From positions 32,001-96,000 of IMG/VR virus record IMGVR_UViG_3300033120_000574: 64,000 nt of DNA; one strand, 5' to 3'. Shown piece by piece: positions 55,301-64,000 of the stretch. The translations under genes were made by a program, and so were the position numbers. Every line of letters begins with the position of its first letter. Position 1 is the stretch's first letter. The DNA is from a virus (Duplodnaviria; Caudoviricetes). The notes beneath the pieces were generated by a model. That model searched no databases, had not been told where the DNA came from, and worked only from the letters and a program-made list of their open reading frames with translations.

Positions 55301-55686
55301 CGTTCAAATGCTTTTTGGAAGTCAGAACAAACAATTGTGTACAGTGTTGTTGGCTTTCCAGCAGCGTCCACTCTATCTATTTCTGTGATGTTATCTACAA
55401 ATCCAAAGTGTACACGAGTCCATCCTTGTCCATCTCCTTTATCACAATAAGCAGCTATGTAGTCATTGGGAAATACATAGTTTAAGTAGTCACGGTCAGC
55501 TACCAAACTCATGCTTAAGTTTCCGACAGACTTTGTAGTCTTTGTAGTGTTTACTGTGACGAGTGCTTTAGATAGGTCAACAGTGTTATTGTGTTGGTGA
55601 CTCTTAACCAGAATCTTCCAACGTGTTTTGTATCTACGAGCACCATCTGGACCTAGTGCTCTATCAAGTATTGTTATTGCACTCAT
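52336..55686 (-). CDS. Baseplate hub with inserted M23 peptidase (tail-associated lysin)
   Basis: HNGVD, YGHL, GDVIGYVGNT, HLHFE; hub-type C-terminus G.PEIRAGYRL...FYVESVSHTW...T.LQVTRG. Confidence 0.85.
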   Translation of the reverse strand: MSAITILDRALGPDGARRYKTRWKILVKSHQHNNTVDLSKALVTVNTTKTTKSVGNLSMSLVADRDYLNYVFPNDYIAAYCDKGDGQGWTRVHFGFVDNITEIDRVDAAGKPTTLYTIVCSDFQKAFERTQLYFNPHVAARPDFDGNFIGTTNMGGAALRTRGLLAHGSPADVVVNVILLLMGFGGQFILPASFVPRNLNQIRAQRAEFALGLLSEDIRRQVLDLGGYQAFLDQIKTQAGFDDTISTDQLLRTDPESPLAGDIRRNDRQRFSLAAQRALDGRGPNDTGGNGLPLNGGEAFSILNTTVSSAPPTLLDIIDLSTFVERNAIDGYFAELSIWERQDSVWSFINSVSNEIVNELFLDLRPLSRDGGLTVGTDFSRELDELGGNEADVGVNGICHVPALIMREYPFSTIDRIDAQNVPITVVQSSTSATSFTGNAIGNLGTVIFGAIFSDRPNEPGRHVITIPTISVQARSNGTSPETAQKHLDVAVVHNTEIISTSLSRSDTDHFNLIEMVSESALSGEASRFYMRDLSPLITPVAIVRHGLRKRTLNTRCARGGLDLANRVTTVNEPEQALAETTTPAPASSVTVLPVALVEADGVLSQGFVTPENQWWYRPKETRFERPVNNNPNNITPAAGTRYWRFHNGVDIHAPRGTPVRAVRDGLVCMALPQRPRSPNVVPAYGNCVYIFHPQDNMYTLYGHLDRFAENVQPVTRARSSSNLAPFQSTRLNARGGYTEVPVRAGDVIGYVGNTDAEPVDRPETRVDESRFGVHLHFEFNIERNGRSYSSMSDRNRLAPDRFRDAVPAGAPAVSSVLSPTRPPNPDESLTVSQDPVRVFRELFGVTLPVGTAGLLSPDDEVEVTDGGEEAHLPETPPTPGTRETTDTTTSTQQMYTHVDTAMTRRQLARWTLLHDHWYQHNIEYVSGNIEMRGAPEIRAGYRLDLPDRNMSFYVESVSHTWNVDQHMTTNLQVTRGQPTNPHPVYVCPALEGLGATETQRRVNSRLGAFFMCPDPVAVRRALTVRKGTQVVPAQARVSAAYNETDFGERRDNYNETLIDAVTGTSDPNFAAELREAEARSLGITSANNSSSGFSTNPASNSTYSDALARVRRDGI

Positions 55687-57806
55687 CGTTCACCTTGTCC
55701 GCCTGTGCTATCAAATACAGCACTGTAGGAAGGAGGAACCGTCAGTTGCACACTGGCTAGATACGCAAAAACTTCACGCATTTCTCGACCACGTTCCAAG
55801 CTAGGGCCAATATTAGGAGCATTACCACCATGGTTTCGTTGTGCCGCACGGAAAGCTGCCTCTAACAGTTGTATTGCAGCATCTTCCGCACGTGTCTTAA
55901 ATGCTTCATTAGCTTCAGTACGGTTGTATTCAGTCATTCCACGTATAGCTGGATCGTTTCGGTCAATTCCTTGATCACGAATGAAGAGTGCTGCACTTCC
56001 TGCTTCCATTGTGTTCCTAATCTGAGACTCATCCAAGTTTGCGTTAGGAACTAGCATCTCTGCATTATTTTTCATCATGTTGTTTATGATCTGATCTGAA
56101 CCGCTTACTTTCTTTTTGTCACTGCTAGAGAAACCAAAGCCTTCAGCGATAACATCTAAATTCTTAGCAATTTCACCCATACCACGCAACAGGTCAGTCA
56201 TTGCAAGAATGCCACCACTCACAGCTTGCATTATAGGACGTAATGCAGTAAGCGCATCAGCAGCAGCCTTGGTTGCGTTAACCATAGCTGTTTGGTTTTC
56301 CATTATAAACTCATGGAAAGAGTCATGAACACTTTCCATAGAAGTGTGCAAACTTTCTCCTACATCCACTGAATCTGCTTGATACCTAGCCATTCTTCGT
56401 GTTTCTTCCAAAAGTGGATCATTATCACCACTAAGTAATCTACGGATGTCTTTCAAGACATCCGTTTCTGACTCCGTCATACTCCTAATCATATTGGAGA
56501 GGTTCTCATCTGACTCTCCTGCGGCCATAGCAGCTTGCACGGATTCAATCTGATCTAGGCTCAAAGATCCACCAAGAATCTGCTCAAGCGCTAAGTTAGC
56601 TTCTTCTCCAGGCCCGCCAAAGGAAGCGTTATTGTATTCTATCTGCCTCCTAACGAAATCTGCTTGACCTTTTCCATCGGAGCCTAACTGCACTGCCTTA
56701 CGTGCTTGGTAGTAGCTTGCGCCATTTCCATAACCCATAGCTGCCATAGCACGTAACTGTCCTTCGTCACCACCACCAGGGTTCCTAAAACCCTGCTCAA
56801 GAGCAGACCCGACAGCAGCTCCACGTGCCCCTTGTAACCCAGCTTGTCCTGACCTGCCTAAAGTAGCAAGAAGCTGTGCATAAGGACCAGTAGTTACAGT
56901 ACCACCTGCACGTGAAGCTCCTTGTTGGGTCATTGTCATTACACCTTCAAGAAACTCAGGCATACGCGACTTCTCAATTCCAGATACCATACCTGCGGCG
57001 ATAGCCCTAGTAAGCTGCTTATACCCAGCTCCTCCTTCACTAAAGCCAGTTGTGCCTCCCTGTCTAATGGTTCCAAACATACCAGCTGTCTGGTTCATGT
57101 CAGTTCCCAATAGACGGGACACAGCCATTGTGGACCCAGCACCATCTGCACTTCCCGTAGCACGTGCAGTAAGTGCAGTAGCGTTTATAGCCTCCTCTGG
57201 TGTGTATCCCAGCTTACGTGCAGGTATGTTTCGCAGCATCTTCATGCTGTCTGCAGTTGCTCCACCACCTGCATATCCACTGACATTCGCTAAGTTCTTT
57301 GCGTAGCCTTGATAAGAATCATACTGAGATGTAATGGCCTGGAAAGGCATGGATACTAATGCTGCCAAAGCTGTAAGTGCAGCACCACCAACCATACCTG
57401 CTGCACTACCAAGCCCACCTCCACCGCCTCTAAACAGTTGTTTGCTTTCACGGCTACGTTTAAGTTCTTGCTCTTGCTTCTTCTTCTCCCTGTTTATATG
57501 GTCTTCGGCTTTTTTCTGTTCTCTAGCAATCGTACGTGCTGCTTTGGCAGCTTCACGTTGTGCGACCGTTGGACGTGCTGCTGCCTTAGACAACTTGTCA
57601 TAGAGTGCAATTTGCTCTTTGAGAGCTTTATTTTGCGCAATGGTCTCAGCAGATTGCTTCTTTTGTTGCTTAAGAAGGTTTGGGATGTTCTCCTTGTTCT
57701 TCTTACGGAACTTCTCAACAATAGAAGTAGACTTCTTTGTTTCTGCGTCAAGATTCTTTGAATCACCTTCAAAGGTTACTAATACTTTGTGATTTGTATC
57801 ACTCAT
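55683..57806 (-). CDS. Tape measure protein
   Basis: Ala/Gly-rich helical 707-aa protein directly downstream of the tail assembly chaperones. Confidence 0.75.
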   Translation of the reverse strand: MSDTNHKVLVTFEGDSKNLDAETKKSTSIVEKFRKKNKENIPNLLKQQKKQSAETIAQNKALKEQIALYDKLSKAAARPTVAQREAAKAARTIAREQKKAEDHINREKKKQEQELKRSRESKQLFRGGGGGLGSAAGMVGGAALTALAALVSMPFQAITSQYDSYQGYAKNLANVSGYAGGGATADSMKMLRNIPARKLGYTPEEAINATALTARATGSADGAGSTMAVSRLLGTDMNQTAGMFGTIRQGGTTGFSEGGAGYKQLTRAIAAGMVSGIEKSRMPEFLEGVMTMTQQGASRAGGTVTTGPYAQLLATLGRSGQAGLQGARGAAVGSALEQGFRNPGGGDEGQLRAMAAMGYGNGASYYQARKAVQLGSDGKGQADFVRRQIEYNNASFGGPGEEANLALEQILGGSLSLDQIESVQAAMAAGESDENLSNMIRSMTESETDVLKDIRRLLSGDNDPLLEETRRMARYQADSVDVGESLHTSMESVHDSFHEFIMENQTAMVNATKAAADALTALRPIMQAVSGGILAMTDLLRGMGEIAKNLDVIAEGFGFSSSDKKKVSGSDQIINNMMKNNAEMLVPNANLDESQIRNTMEAGSAALFIRDQGIDRNDPAIRGMTEYNRTEANEAFKTRAEDAAIQLLEAAFRAAQRNHGGNAPNIGPSLERGREMREVFAYLASVQLTVPPSYSAVFDSTGGQGER

Positions 57807-57812
57807 TGCGCC

Positions 57813-58346
57813 TCACTCATCTGGATCGAAGTCACCACCAAATGTAGGTTTACTGAACAAACTATCCAAAGGAGTTTGTCCTTTTACATGCAAACCACTT
57901 CGGTTTGCATCATTGGCTACACTTTCAAACGTATCCTTTATAGATACAGCTGCATAAGGATCTCTAGATTTTGCAATTTCACGTATCTTAGAAATCTGCT
58001 GAAGAGATTCTTCGTTAAAGGACTCTAACAAATCAGGAGTGATTCCGTCCGCAATTTGTTGTTCCCAACGGTCAACCATTTCATCGCCAGTATCCTTGAA
58101 CTGGATCTCTCCATCTGCATTTCTGTGCGACTCTAGTGGAGTCTCTTCATACTTAGAAATGTAGAAGTCTAGTAGGTGTTCGTATACTGTACGTTCTTGA
58201 AACAGTTCATGGTTCGAGGGCAGCCCGTACTTCTTTATCCACCACCGTGACAGAGCCTCTGTCAGAGTTGGCTTGCGGAACATTTTCTTCGCTGCTTCCT
58301 GCGCCAGTTCCGTTATTGGCTTTTCGCTCGCTCGCCCTTCGGAGAA
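57813..58346 (-). CDS. Tail assembly chaperone, frameshifted C-terminal part (GT-like)
   Basis: Overlapping +1 frame lacking a convincing start of its own; LSRWWIKKYGLPSNH; lies between the chaperone and tape measure genes. Confidence 0.65.
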   Translation of the reverse strand, partial: FSEGRASEKPITELAQEAAKKMFRKPTLTEALSRWWIKKYGLPSNHELFQERTVYEHLLDFYISKYEETPLESHRNADGEIQFKDTGDEMVDRWEQQIADGITPDLLESFNEESLQQISKIREIAKSRDPYAAVSIKDTFESVANDANRSGLHVKGQTPLDSLFSKPTFGGDFDPDE

Positions 58347-58689
58347 ACGAGTTCTCGAATTCGAGAACCTCCTGGAATACCTTTCCAATAAGCTGTGGGT
58401 CAGAGATCTTATCCAAGTTCCACCAATCTGGGTGTTGCTTAACTGAGATCTCCAAGTGTGCGATCATGTTATTGAAGTCATCAGTCTGCTCGTCAACACC
58501 ACGACCAGGATTCTCGGAATCGTAGTACATTCCGCCATTCAGTTGAGACTTGCGTACACCAAGTGCACCCATCTCACGAATACCTAGCTTCTTAACTGTA
58601 AAGGTCCCTTGATACCTTCTGTCTTCTAAATCAGACATGAAATCAATGGAAAATGTTTTTGTGAACGAATTCTTTGTGTCCAAACTCAT
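58207..58689 (-). CDS. Tail assembly chaperone (G-like)
   Basis: Y.GTFTVKK...IAHLEI....PDWW....D...V..EVLEFENSF; directly downstream of the tube gene. Start MSLDTK with GAGG SD. Confidence 0.75.
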   Translation of the reverse strand: MSLDTKNSFTKTFSIDFMSDLEDRRYQGTFTVKKLGIREMGALGVRKSQLNGGMYYDSENPGRGVDEQTDDFNNMIAHLEISVKQHPDWWNLDKISDPQLIGKVFQEVLEFENSFLRRASERKANNGTGAGSSEENVPQANSDRGSVTVVDKEVRAALEP

Positions 58690-58731
58690 GTAACCTCTAA
58701 CCAAGACTTACCATTAAGTAATCTTGTAGTC

Positions 58732-58764
58732 AAACAAATAAAGCAGGCCGTCAAGCCTGCTTTA
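58732..58764 (-). terminator. Intrinsic terminator after the tail tube gene
   Basis: TAAAGCAGGC-TTGACG-GCCTGCTTTA followed by TTTGTTT. Confidence 0.75.
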
Positions 58765-58794
58765 CTTAGATGTCAAGTATAAGCCAGGTTTAGC

Positions 58795-59217
58795 TTATAG
58801 CCCATTTTCACTTTCATCCAAAACTCGGATAGCAACGAAGCTAACGGACTCTTGTACGATGCCTCTAGCAGTAACGTCCCAAGAGTGTCCAGAACACTTA
58901 ACGCCTTGAAACAATGCGATAGTAGACCCTGTGACCTTGTCCTGAATGGAAGCATCCAAGTCACCGGATGTGAGAATATCTTCTTGTCGAGGAAGAATTC
59001 CAAGACGCTTCAAGCTATCACCAACAACACGGAAAACCTGTGCATTCAGACTAACTCGGTATGCAACGGGCACGAACTCACGAACCTCTAGCAAAGCTAG
59101 AACGTCCACAGGTTCATAGTCAATCATTTCTTCACCGGAGACTCCTCCAGCAAAAGCCACAGGAGCACTTCCAATTAAGAAAATAGCTCTTGCGCCAGAA
59201 AAGGTCTTTGATGCCAT
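58795..59217 (-). CDS. Tail tube protein
   Basis: 140 aa; YEPVDVL.LLEVREFVPV.Y..SL...F.VVG.SL...GIVQESVSF; downstream of the sheath gene. Confidence 0.85.
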   Translation of the reverse strand: MASKTFSGARAIFLIGSAPVAFAGGVSGEEMIDYEPVDVLALLEVREFVPVAYRVSLNAQVFRVVGDSLKRLGILPRQEDILTSGDLDASIQDKVTGSTIALFQGVKCSGHSWDVTARGIVQESVSFVAIRVLDESENGL

Positions 59218-59230
59218 AGTAAATCTCCTT

Positions 59231-59268
59231 ATGCACCTAGGTTAACTAAGTGCATCTTGATTATATCA
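59231..59268 (-). promoter_or_regulatory. Extended -10 promoter-like site plus hairpin upstream of the tube gene
   Basis: TGATATAAT at 59268-59260, then hairpin ATGCACTTAG..CTAGGTGCAT just before the AAGGAG SD. Confidence 0.45.
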
Positions 59269-59276
59269 GGTATTTC

Positions 59277-60542
59277 TCAAGTTGGTAGTGTGAACGCAGC
59301 TACTGCAGCTTGAGCAGCACGAATCAGTTCTGCTAGGATGCGATTGTCTCTCATCTGTCCGCCTGCAGTAGCAGTGTAGTTGCGGCTAGCATCTGCAGTA
59401 TTTTCCGGCATTGTGATGGAAATTGATGCGCCATCTGCAATTGTGGTAAGGTTTCCAGCCACAGTAAGAGTGTTCTCAGTATTTGAGACAATCTTAGCTA
59501 CCTGTGCGCCTGCAGTAAACTTCATGTTCTTGAATGCATCGATACGGAAAGAGCTACCCTTCGTATTCAAACGCACTGTTGTATTGTAGGAGCGACGTGT
59601 AACCAATGCAGCAGATGAAGCGCCCACAGTAACTCCAGAGAACAAAATCTGTTCAGGAGCCAAGGTTCCGCCAAGCTGTTGTACAATGCGAATCAAAACG
59701 TCAGTTGTGATGCGAGAGTCCGCGTATAGGGAGGTAGCAGCAGCGTCTCCACGCCCACGACCATTGCGCAACACGTTGATTGCACTGTTAGCCATGGTAC
59801 CACGAATTGTGTAAGTATCACCAGCTGCAGATGCTACTGCAACACCTGCGGAGCCAATCACAGGGCCAGTAAAAGTAAGTATGTTTGCAGTGTTTGAAAG
59901 CACTACAGCAGTCTTACCTGCAAGTGCAGCAGTTACGTTACCTGTAAAAGTAACGGTGTTGCCGATCTGGGAGTTAGCAACAAATGCGCCAGTATCTGTA
60001 AGCGTGCTTGTTGTGCCAGAGACTACAGTCAAAGTAGCTACTGAGTTCAAGCTGTCCATCAAAACTTCAAGTACAGAGGCCACGTCTTGTGCCCTAACAA
60101 AGTTAGATGGCAAAGTAGCGATAGCGTCTGCCCCACCACGACCACCAGACAGGTTAGCAGTAGAAGCGACTGAGATACTTCCTGCACCAGAGCCAGTAGG
60201 CAACACAGCAAGTACTAGAGCTGAAGCAGCTGCACTGCCATTGATTGCTGCAGCGATCAATGTAGCTGTGTTGGAAGCACCAACCACAACACCACTGCTT
60301 ACAGCTAGTGCTACTGTGATTGCATTACCAACCACAGATACAGTTAGGCCGCTTGTGCCTGCAGGCACTGTGAAGGCAACTGAGATGTTATTTCCAGTAA
60401 CTCCAGGTTCTTGCGCAATCAACTGCACACGAGATGTAGTAGATCCTACAATCAAAGAAGCAGTGGAATAGTTAACACCAGAGCGAAGAAGGTCTCTGAT
60501 TCTCTTTAGGTAGATTACATTGTCAGTAGGAATTGCAGGCAT
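59277..60542 (-). CDS. Sheath-associated structural protein
   Basis: Contains a sheath-like segment A.EPG..GNNISV...TAT.IAAAIN...LSGG and beta-domain inserts; located between sheath and tube. Confidence 0.6.
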   Translation of the reverse strand: MPAIPTDNVIYLKRIRDLLRSGVNYSTASLIVGSTTSRVQLIAQEPGVTGNNISVAFTVPAGTSGLTVSVVGNAITVALAVSSGVVVGASNTATLIAAAINGSAAASALVLAVLPTGSGAGSISVASTANLSGGRGGADAIATLPSNFVRAQDVASVLEVLMDSLNSVATLTVVSGTTSTLTDTGAFVANSQIGNTVTFTGNVTAALAGKTAVVLSNTANILTFTGPVIGSAGVAVASAAGDTYTIRGTMANSAINVLRNGRGRGDAAATSLYADSRITTDVLIRIVQQLGGTLAPEQILFSGVTVGASSAALVTRRSYNTTVRLNTKGSSFRIDAFKNMKFTAGAQVAKIVSNTENTLTVAGNLTTIADGASISITMPENTADASRNYTATAGGQMRDNRILAELIRAAQAAVAAFTLPT

Positions 60543-60560
60543 GATTACTCCTTAAGTAAA

Positions 60561-62903
60561 TTAGGCAGACTGTGTCGCTCTAGAAAGATAGATATCTGTT
60601 AGTTCAAAGTTGATTCCGGGCACTGGACATACGCCTACAGCTAGACGAACAATGTCGCCATCTGAGTACACACGCATGTTGTGATACGCCTTGACAAAAG
60701 CACCTGTTGCAGGGTCTGTAGAATCCACAATGATGGAATCTGTTCTGTACGTTTCCAACAAGGAGGATGCAGTATCCTTGATGCTCGCCACAGTTGCTGG
60801 TGTTGCCTTACGTCCAGTAAATTTACGGTCAATTTCTGTACGAAGTCCATAAGCTACATGACGGACTACATCACGTACACTGCCTTCAGTGTAGGCAAGA
60901 TTGTCATCGCGCACCCAAGTTGTGAGGTCACGTACCCAACGTGTTCCACGACCAGGAACAGTCTCTGCAAACAAGCAGCCTGCAGCGATCAAATCTCCAG
61001 AGTCGGTAACATCAGCTGGATCCCAAGAAGAGTCTTGAGCAATTGCACTTACACGAAGGTACTTATTAGTTAGGGGCTCTCCTACTTCAGCAACACCACA
61101 GCGCATACTTGCACCCATGACTGCAAACTCACGAGGTCCCTTGAGTACCAAGTCTCCGGATGCGGAAACTACGGTTGGGCTTTGTGAAACAAGTTGAATA
61201 TCAAAGTCATTCAAGCTGTTTGCAGCTGCAATGTAAGCAGCCTTGTTTCCACGGAACCCAAGCCATGCTCCACGCTCTAGACCAGCGCTGCCACGTGCAG
61301 CTATTACATGGTCCTTCAACTGTGCTGACACAGCAGCCCAGGTAGCAGTTGATCCATTGCCTTCATTAACCAAGTCTTGGTCAATCAAAGGAACTACTTC
61401 GTCAACTACCTGTAGCAACATGCTATCAAATCCTGCTTGAAAAGCAGAGTTTGAGGTGGTTCCACGTTCACCACCGTATAGTTGAAAAGTGTATGGAAGG
61501 GCATCACCAGTTGTTGCGGGGTAGTCCACTACGTTCGCGTCACTACCATCCAATACGTCTGTAGTTGCTCGTGTAGCAATCAAGTACTCGGATTCCAAGT
61601 TGATCCAACTTACAATCTCTTGCAAGTCCTGTCTAAACCCAGCGGTAGATACAGTACCAGTATAGCTACGTTGCAAATTAGTAGTTGTTCCGGTTCCAAA
61701 ATCAAACTGACTTGCAAGTGTCGTATCACTGTTAATGCGAGCAGGCACTGTTGCAACATAGTTTGGGTTAGTGTTGATCAATGCTGCCAACTGACGTAGT
61801 GTCATTGTTGACGTAATTGCAATGTTCAGGTCATCCCCAGTAACACCAGTGATTGTTGTTGCGAAAGCTGTAGCAACACCGGAAGTGCCAGTCATTGTGC
61901 CTGTAGCGTTGGTTACTGATCGCAGTTCTACAATGTCGCCAACAACAGGTACAGCACTGAGTGCTACTGAGAGCGTGACAGCATCAGTGGTATTAGAAGC
62001 TACTTTGCTAACTGCTTTCACATTTCCGGAAGAATCCTTCAGGATGAAAGTGTGGTTAACGTGAGCAGCTGCAATCAAGCTAGCCACAGTGACGTTAACA
62101 ACAGTGGTAGTAGATCCGGAAACAACAAGAGAGTTGTCAGCTAGTGTACCACCACGGTACAACACATGTAAGTAGTTTCTAAGTTGTCCACCAAGGCTTG
62201 GAGACAATTGTGACACGCCTTCAAAGCTTGAGTACACTTGGTACGCTTCAGTAGTTGGATCGTAGTCCACAGAAGCGTCGATTCCTGCTGTGTGCAAACC
62301 ATAGTCACGAGACTGTACAGTAAGCAAAGTGCTTCGGATCAACACAGGGTCAGCAGCTACTGGCGCTTGTGGAAGCGCAGCATGCAAAGTAATGGAAGAG
62401 GTTGTGTTAGCAACGATCCTACGAAGAAATGTAGGAGTACCTGGAGCAGCCAAGATTTGAATCTGTACCCAACGACCAATCATTGCACCAGCAACTAGTG
62501 TTGCTGCAACGTTAACCACAGTAGAAGTTGATCCAACTAAAGCAGTAGTTGAAAACAGGTTTGTTGTAAGGCTAGGAAGCTGAACGCTGCTTCGTGTGCT
62601 GGAATTTGTCTTATAGACAGCAACTTGTGCTGCACCACCAGGAACAATGGGATCTCCTGACGACTGGAAAGCAAGCTTAATAGCATCTACAAGGGGGCCA
62701 CTTTTGAACAAGTCAGTAGCACGACTTGGGTCACGAAGAAATACAAGCCCAGCAGATCCTGGTGCGCCACCATCTGCTTCTCCAACCAAGCCAAGAACAC
62801 CACCAGCGGAAACACCAACCTGGTTGAGTGCATCTGCGTTGACACGGGTGATTCCACCTGGACGGAATCTGGTAACTCCATTGAAAGTAACTGATCTAGT
62901 CAT
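60561..62903 (-). CDS. Contractile tail sheath protein
   Basis: FNG...RPG, GLVGEADGG.PG, FKSGPL.DAI, SRDYG, GEPLTNK, RDLTT, C-terminal PVPGINF. Confidence 0.9.
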   Translation of the reverse strand: MTRSVTFNGVTRFRPGGITRVNADALNQVGVSAGGVLGLVGEADGGAPGSAGLVFLRDPSRATDLFKSGPLVDAIKLAFQSSGDPIVPGGAAQVAVYKTNSSTRSSVQLPSLTTNLFSTTALVGSTSTVVNVAATLVAGAMIGRWVQIQILAAPGTPTFLRRIVANTTSSITLHAALPQAPVAADPVLIRSTLLTVQSRDYGLHTAGIDASVDYDPTTEAYQVYSSFEGVSQLSPSLGGQLRNYLHVLYRGGTLADNSLVVSGSTTTVVNVTVASLIAAAHVNHTFILKDSSGNVKAVSKVASNTTDAVTLSVALSAVPVVGDIVELRSVTNATGTMTGTSGVATAFATTITGVTGDDLNIAITSTMTLRQLAALINTNPNYVATVPARINSDTTLASQFDFGTGTTTNLQRSYTGTVSTAGFRQDLQEIVSWINLESEYLIATRATTDVLDGSDANVVDYPATTGDALPYTFQLYGGERGTTSNSAFQAGFDSMLLQVVDEVVPLIDQDLVNEGNGSTATWAAVSAQLKDHVIAARGSAGLERGAWLGFRGNKAAYIAAANSLNDFDIQLVSQSPTVVSASGDLVLKGPREFAVMGASMRCGVAEVGEPLTNKYLRVSAIAQDSSWDPADVTDSGDLIAAGCLFAETVPGRGTRWVRDLTTWVRDDNLAYTEGSVRDVVRHVAYGLRTEIDRKFTGRKATPATVASIKDTASSLLETYRTDSIIVDSTDPATGAFVKAYHNMRVYSDGDIVRLAVGVCPVPGINFELTDIYLSRATQSA

Positions 62904-62916
62904 AGACTACTCCTGT

Positions 62917-63144
62917 TCAGTAATTCTGAATTTTGGAATCCCAGTTTTCCAAAGAAAACTTGCTTCCTGCCTCAGCACCCAAAAATGCACGAATGCCTTG
63001 TAGGTGCCGTTCTGGACGGTTTCTAATACGTGCCCACTGTTCAAAACTGTAAACCTTTGATGTATTGATTGAAATCAACGTCTTAACTCGTGGAGCTATG
63101 ACATCTGATTCAGATACTTCAAATTCTTCTGTTTTCTTTGCCAT
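62917..63144 (-). CDS. Small hypothetical virion-module protein
   Basis: 75-aa ORF upstream of the sheath gene. Confidence 0.6.
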   Translation of the reverse strand: MAKKTEEFEVSESDVIAPRVKTLISINTSKVYSFEQWARIRNRPERHLQGIRAFLGAEAGSKFSLENWDSKIQNY

Positions 63145-63145
63145 G

Positions 63146-64000
63146 TTAAACTTCTAGGTCTGCTACGTCTATCCTAATTGGGTCAGTGGAGCAGCAACCA
63201 CTTGTTAGTGTAATTTGAATTCTCTTTATTGCTTCTTGTTCAAGAATGAAATCAAATGGGTAAGAGAATTGTAAGGTCATGGACCTAGTAAACACTTCAT
63301 CTGGAAGTAGTTCACTTCGAGGAGCTAAGTCAGTTCCAGAGATGCGAAGAGCCATTACTCCTTGTGCTTCTAAGAAGTCACGTTGTGCAAACAATATAGC
63401 TTTTAGAATACAATACAGGTAAATAACTTCTTCTTGAGATCCTGCCAAAACTTCCAATTGGTATTGAACTTCATAGTTAGCACCAATACGTCTTTGTGTT
63501 TTGTTGTTAACATCGTACTGTCTTGTGGGCTGCCCATAAGCTAGTTCTTTGTCTTCCGCAAGACGAATGTCTATGATGGAAGTTTCATTACAGTTTACTT
63601 CAAATATACCCTCTATGTCAAGGCGATCAGAGCAAATCGAGTCTATTATTTTAACCTGTCCGGCTCCTGCACCAGACACAACGTGGATTGCTAGGGGAGG
63701 CCAAGAAGAATTCTCAGAGAAGAACGCTTCAAGGACCTCTTGGTCCTCCTCTGTAAAACGAACAACAGAGTATGGGCGCACACCAGTGTCAACCATATTA
63801 ACTTGGGACAGTACATGAAGGTTACCTAAAACTAGCGCAGGCAATCCAGCTGTTGGACTTATAGTAGCCCCTCCGTTTCCACCCAAGGTGTCTATTGCCA
63901 TGTCTTGATCTGGCATTCCATAATTAGGATGCACACCCATTAAATCGCCAAGAAATTGATTCGACTCTGATTCGGTCTTCAACAGGAGAATAATTGCTGG
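63146..64000 (-). CDS. Putative tail completion or neck protein (partial; 5' end lies beyond the window)
   Basis: Frame open to 64000 (PAIILLLKTESESNQFLGD...); Y.L.V....EEVIYLY.ILKAIL...ISGTDLAP...VFTRSMTLQF; upstream of the sheath gene. Confidence 0.65.
   Translation of the reverse strand, partial: PAIILLLKTESESNQFLGDLMGVHPNYGMPDQDMAIDTLGGNGGATISPTAGLPALVLGNLHVLSQVNMVDTGVRPYSVVRFTEEDQEVLEAFFSENSSWPPLAIHVVSGAGAGQVKIIDSICSDRLDIEGIFEVNCNETSIIDIRLAEDKELAYGQPTRQYDVNNKTQRRIGANYEVQYQLEVLAGSQEEVIYLYCILKAILFAQRDFLEAQGVMALRISGTDLAPRSELLPDEVFTRSMTLQFSYPFDFILEQEAIKRIQITLTSGCCSTDPIRIDVADLEV

Noticed and set aside
58705-58733. Possible promoter TTGACT-17-TAAGTC before the chaperone gene
   Set aside because: Weak -10 match overlapping the terminator tail; not enough support to call
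220-63818. Numerous plus-strand ORFs in the track
   Set aside because: All lie antisense to well-supported minus-strand genes and have no recognisable motifs; they are shadow ORFs
44199-64000. Tailocin or extracellular contractile injection system
   Set aside because: Contiguous with a complete phage replication and lysis gene set on one strand
1-64000. CRISPR array, tRNA, rRNA, group I introns or stop-codon reassignment
   Set aside because: No repeat-spacer array or cloverleaf was seen in the few short intergenic gaps; interrupted genes are in-frame inteins; long genes translate intact in the standard code with all three stops in use

Overview
This window is part of a large lytic myovirus (contractile-tailed dsDNA phage) genome. 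Every credible gene is on the minus strand, tightly packed and often coupled by ATGA overlaps. In transcription order (right to left) there are four blocks. (1) Tail and baseplate module, about 38-64 kb: tail-completion protein, sheath, a sheath-like accessory protein, tube, frameshifting assembly chaperones, tape measure, hub with an M23 peptidase, spike, LysM/gp25-like wedge, baseplate J, a repeat-rich wedge protein, a beta-helix fibre and an Ig/LamG-type fibre. (2) Lysis genes: holin, an atypical spanin pair and a TIM-barrel endolysin candidate. (3) Replication, recombination and nucleotide metabolism: UvsW-like helicase, J-domain protein, DnaB-like helicase, primase, MoxR AAA/vWA pair, MazG, Zn/Fe-binding proteins, PolA with two inteins, UvsY-like, gp32-like SSB, a host-type RecA with an intein, Mre11/Rad50, dNMP kinase, ThyX with an HNH intein, a free HNH, a WGR protein, a resolvase and a metallophosphoesterase. 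(4) A separate small cluster of virion or fibre genes at 1-4.8 kb. The most notable signals are: a high-GC swapped fibre tip followed by three decayed alternative C-termini of the same domain; a 121-nt RNA hairpin that buries the RBS and start codon of the detached structural cluster; four inteins in about 14 kb, one carrying both HTH and HNH domains; a candidate +1 frameshift; and a spanin pair with no lipoprotein. All calls come from reading motifs by eye; no database searches were run.
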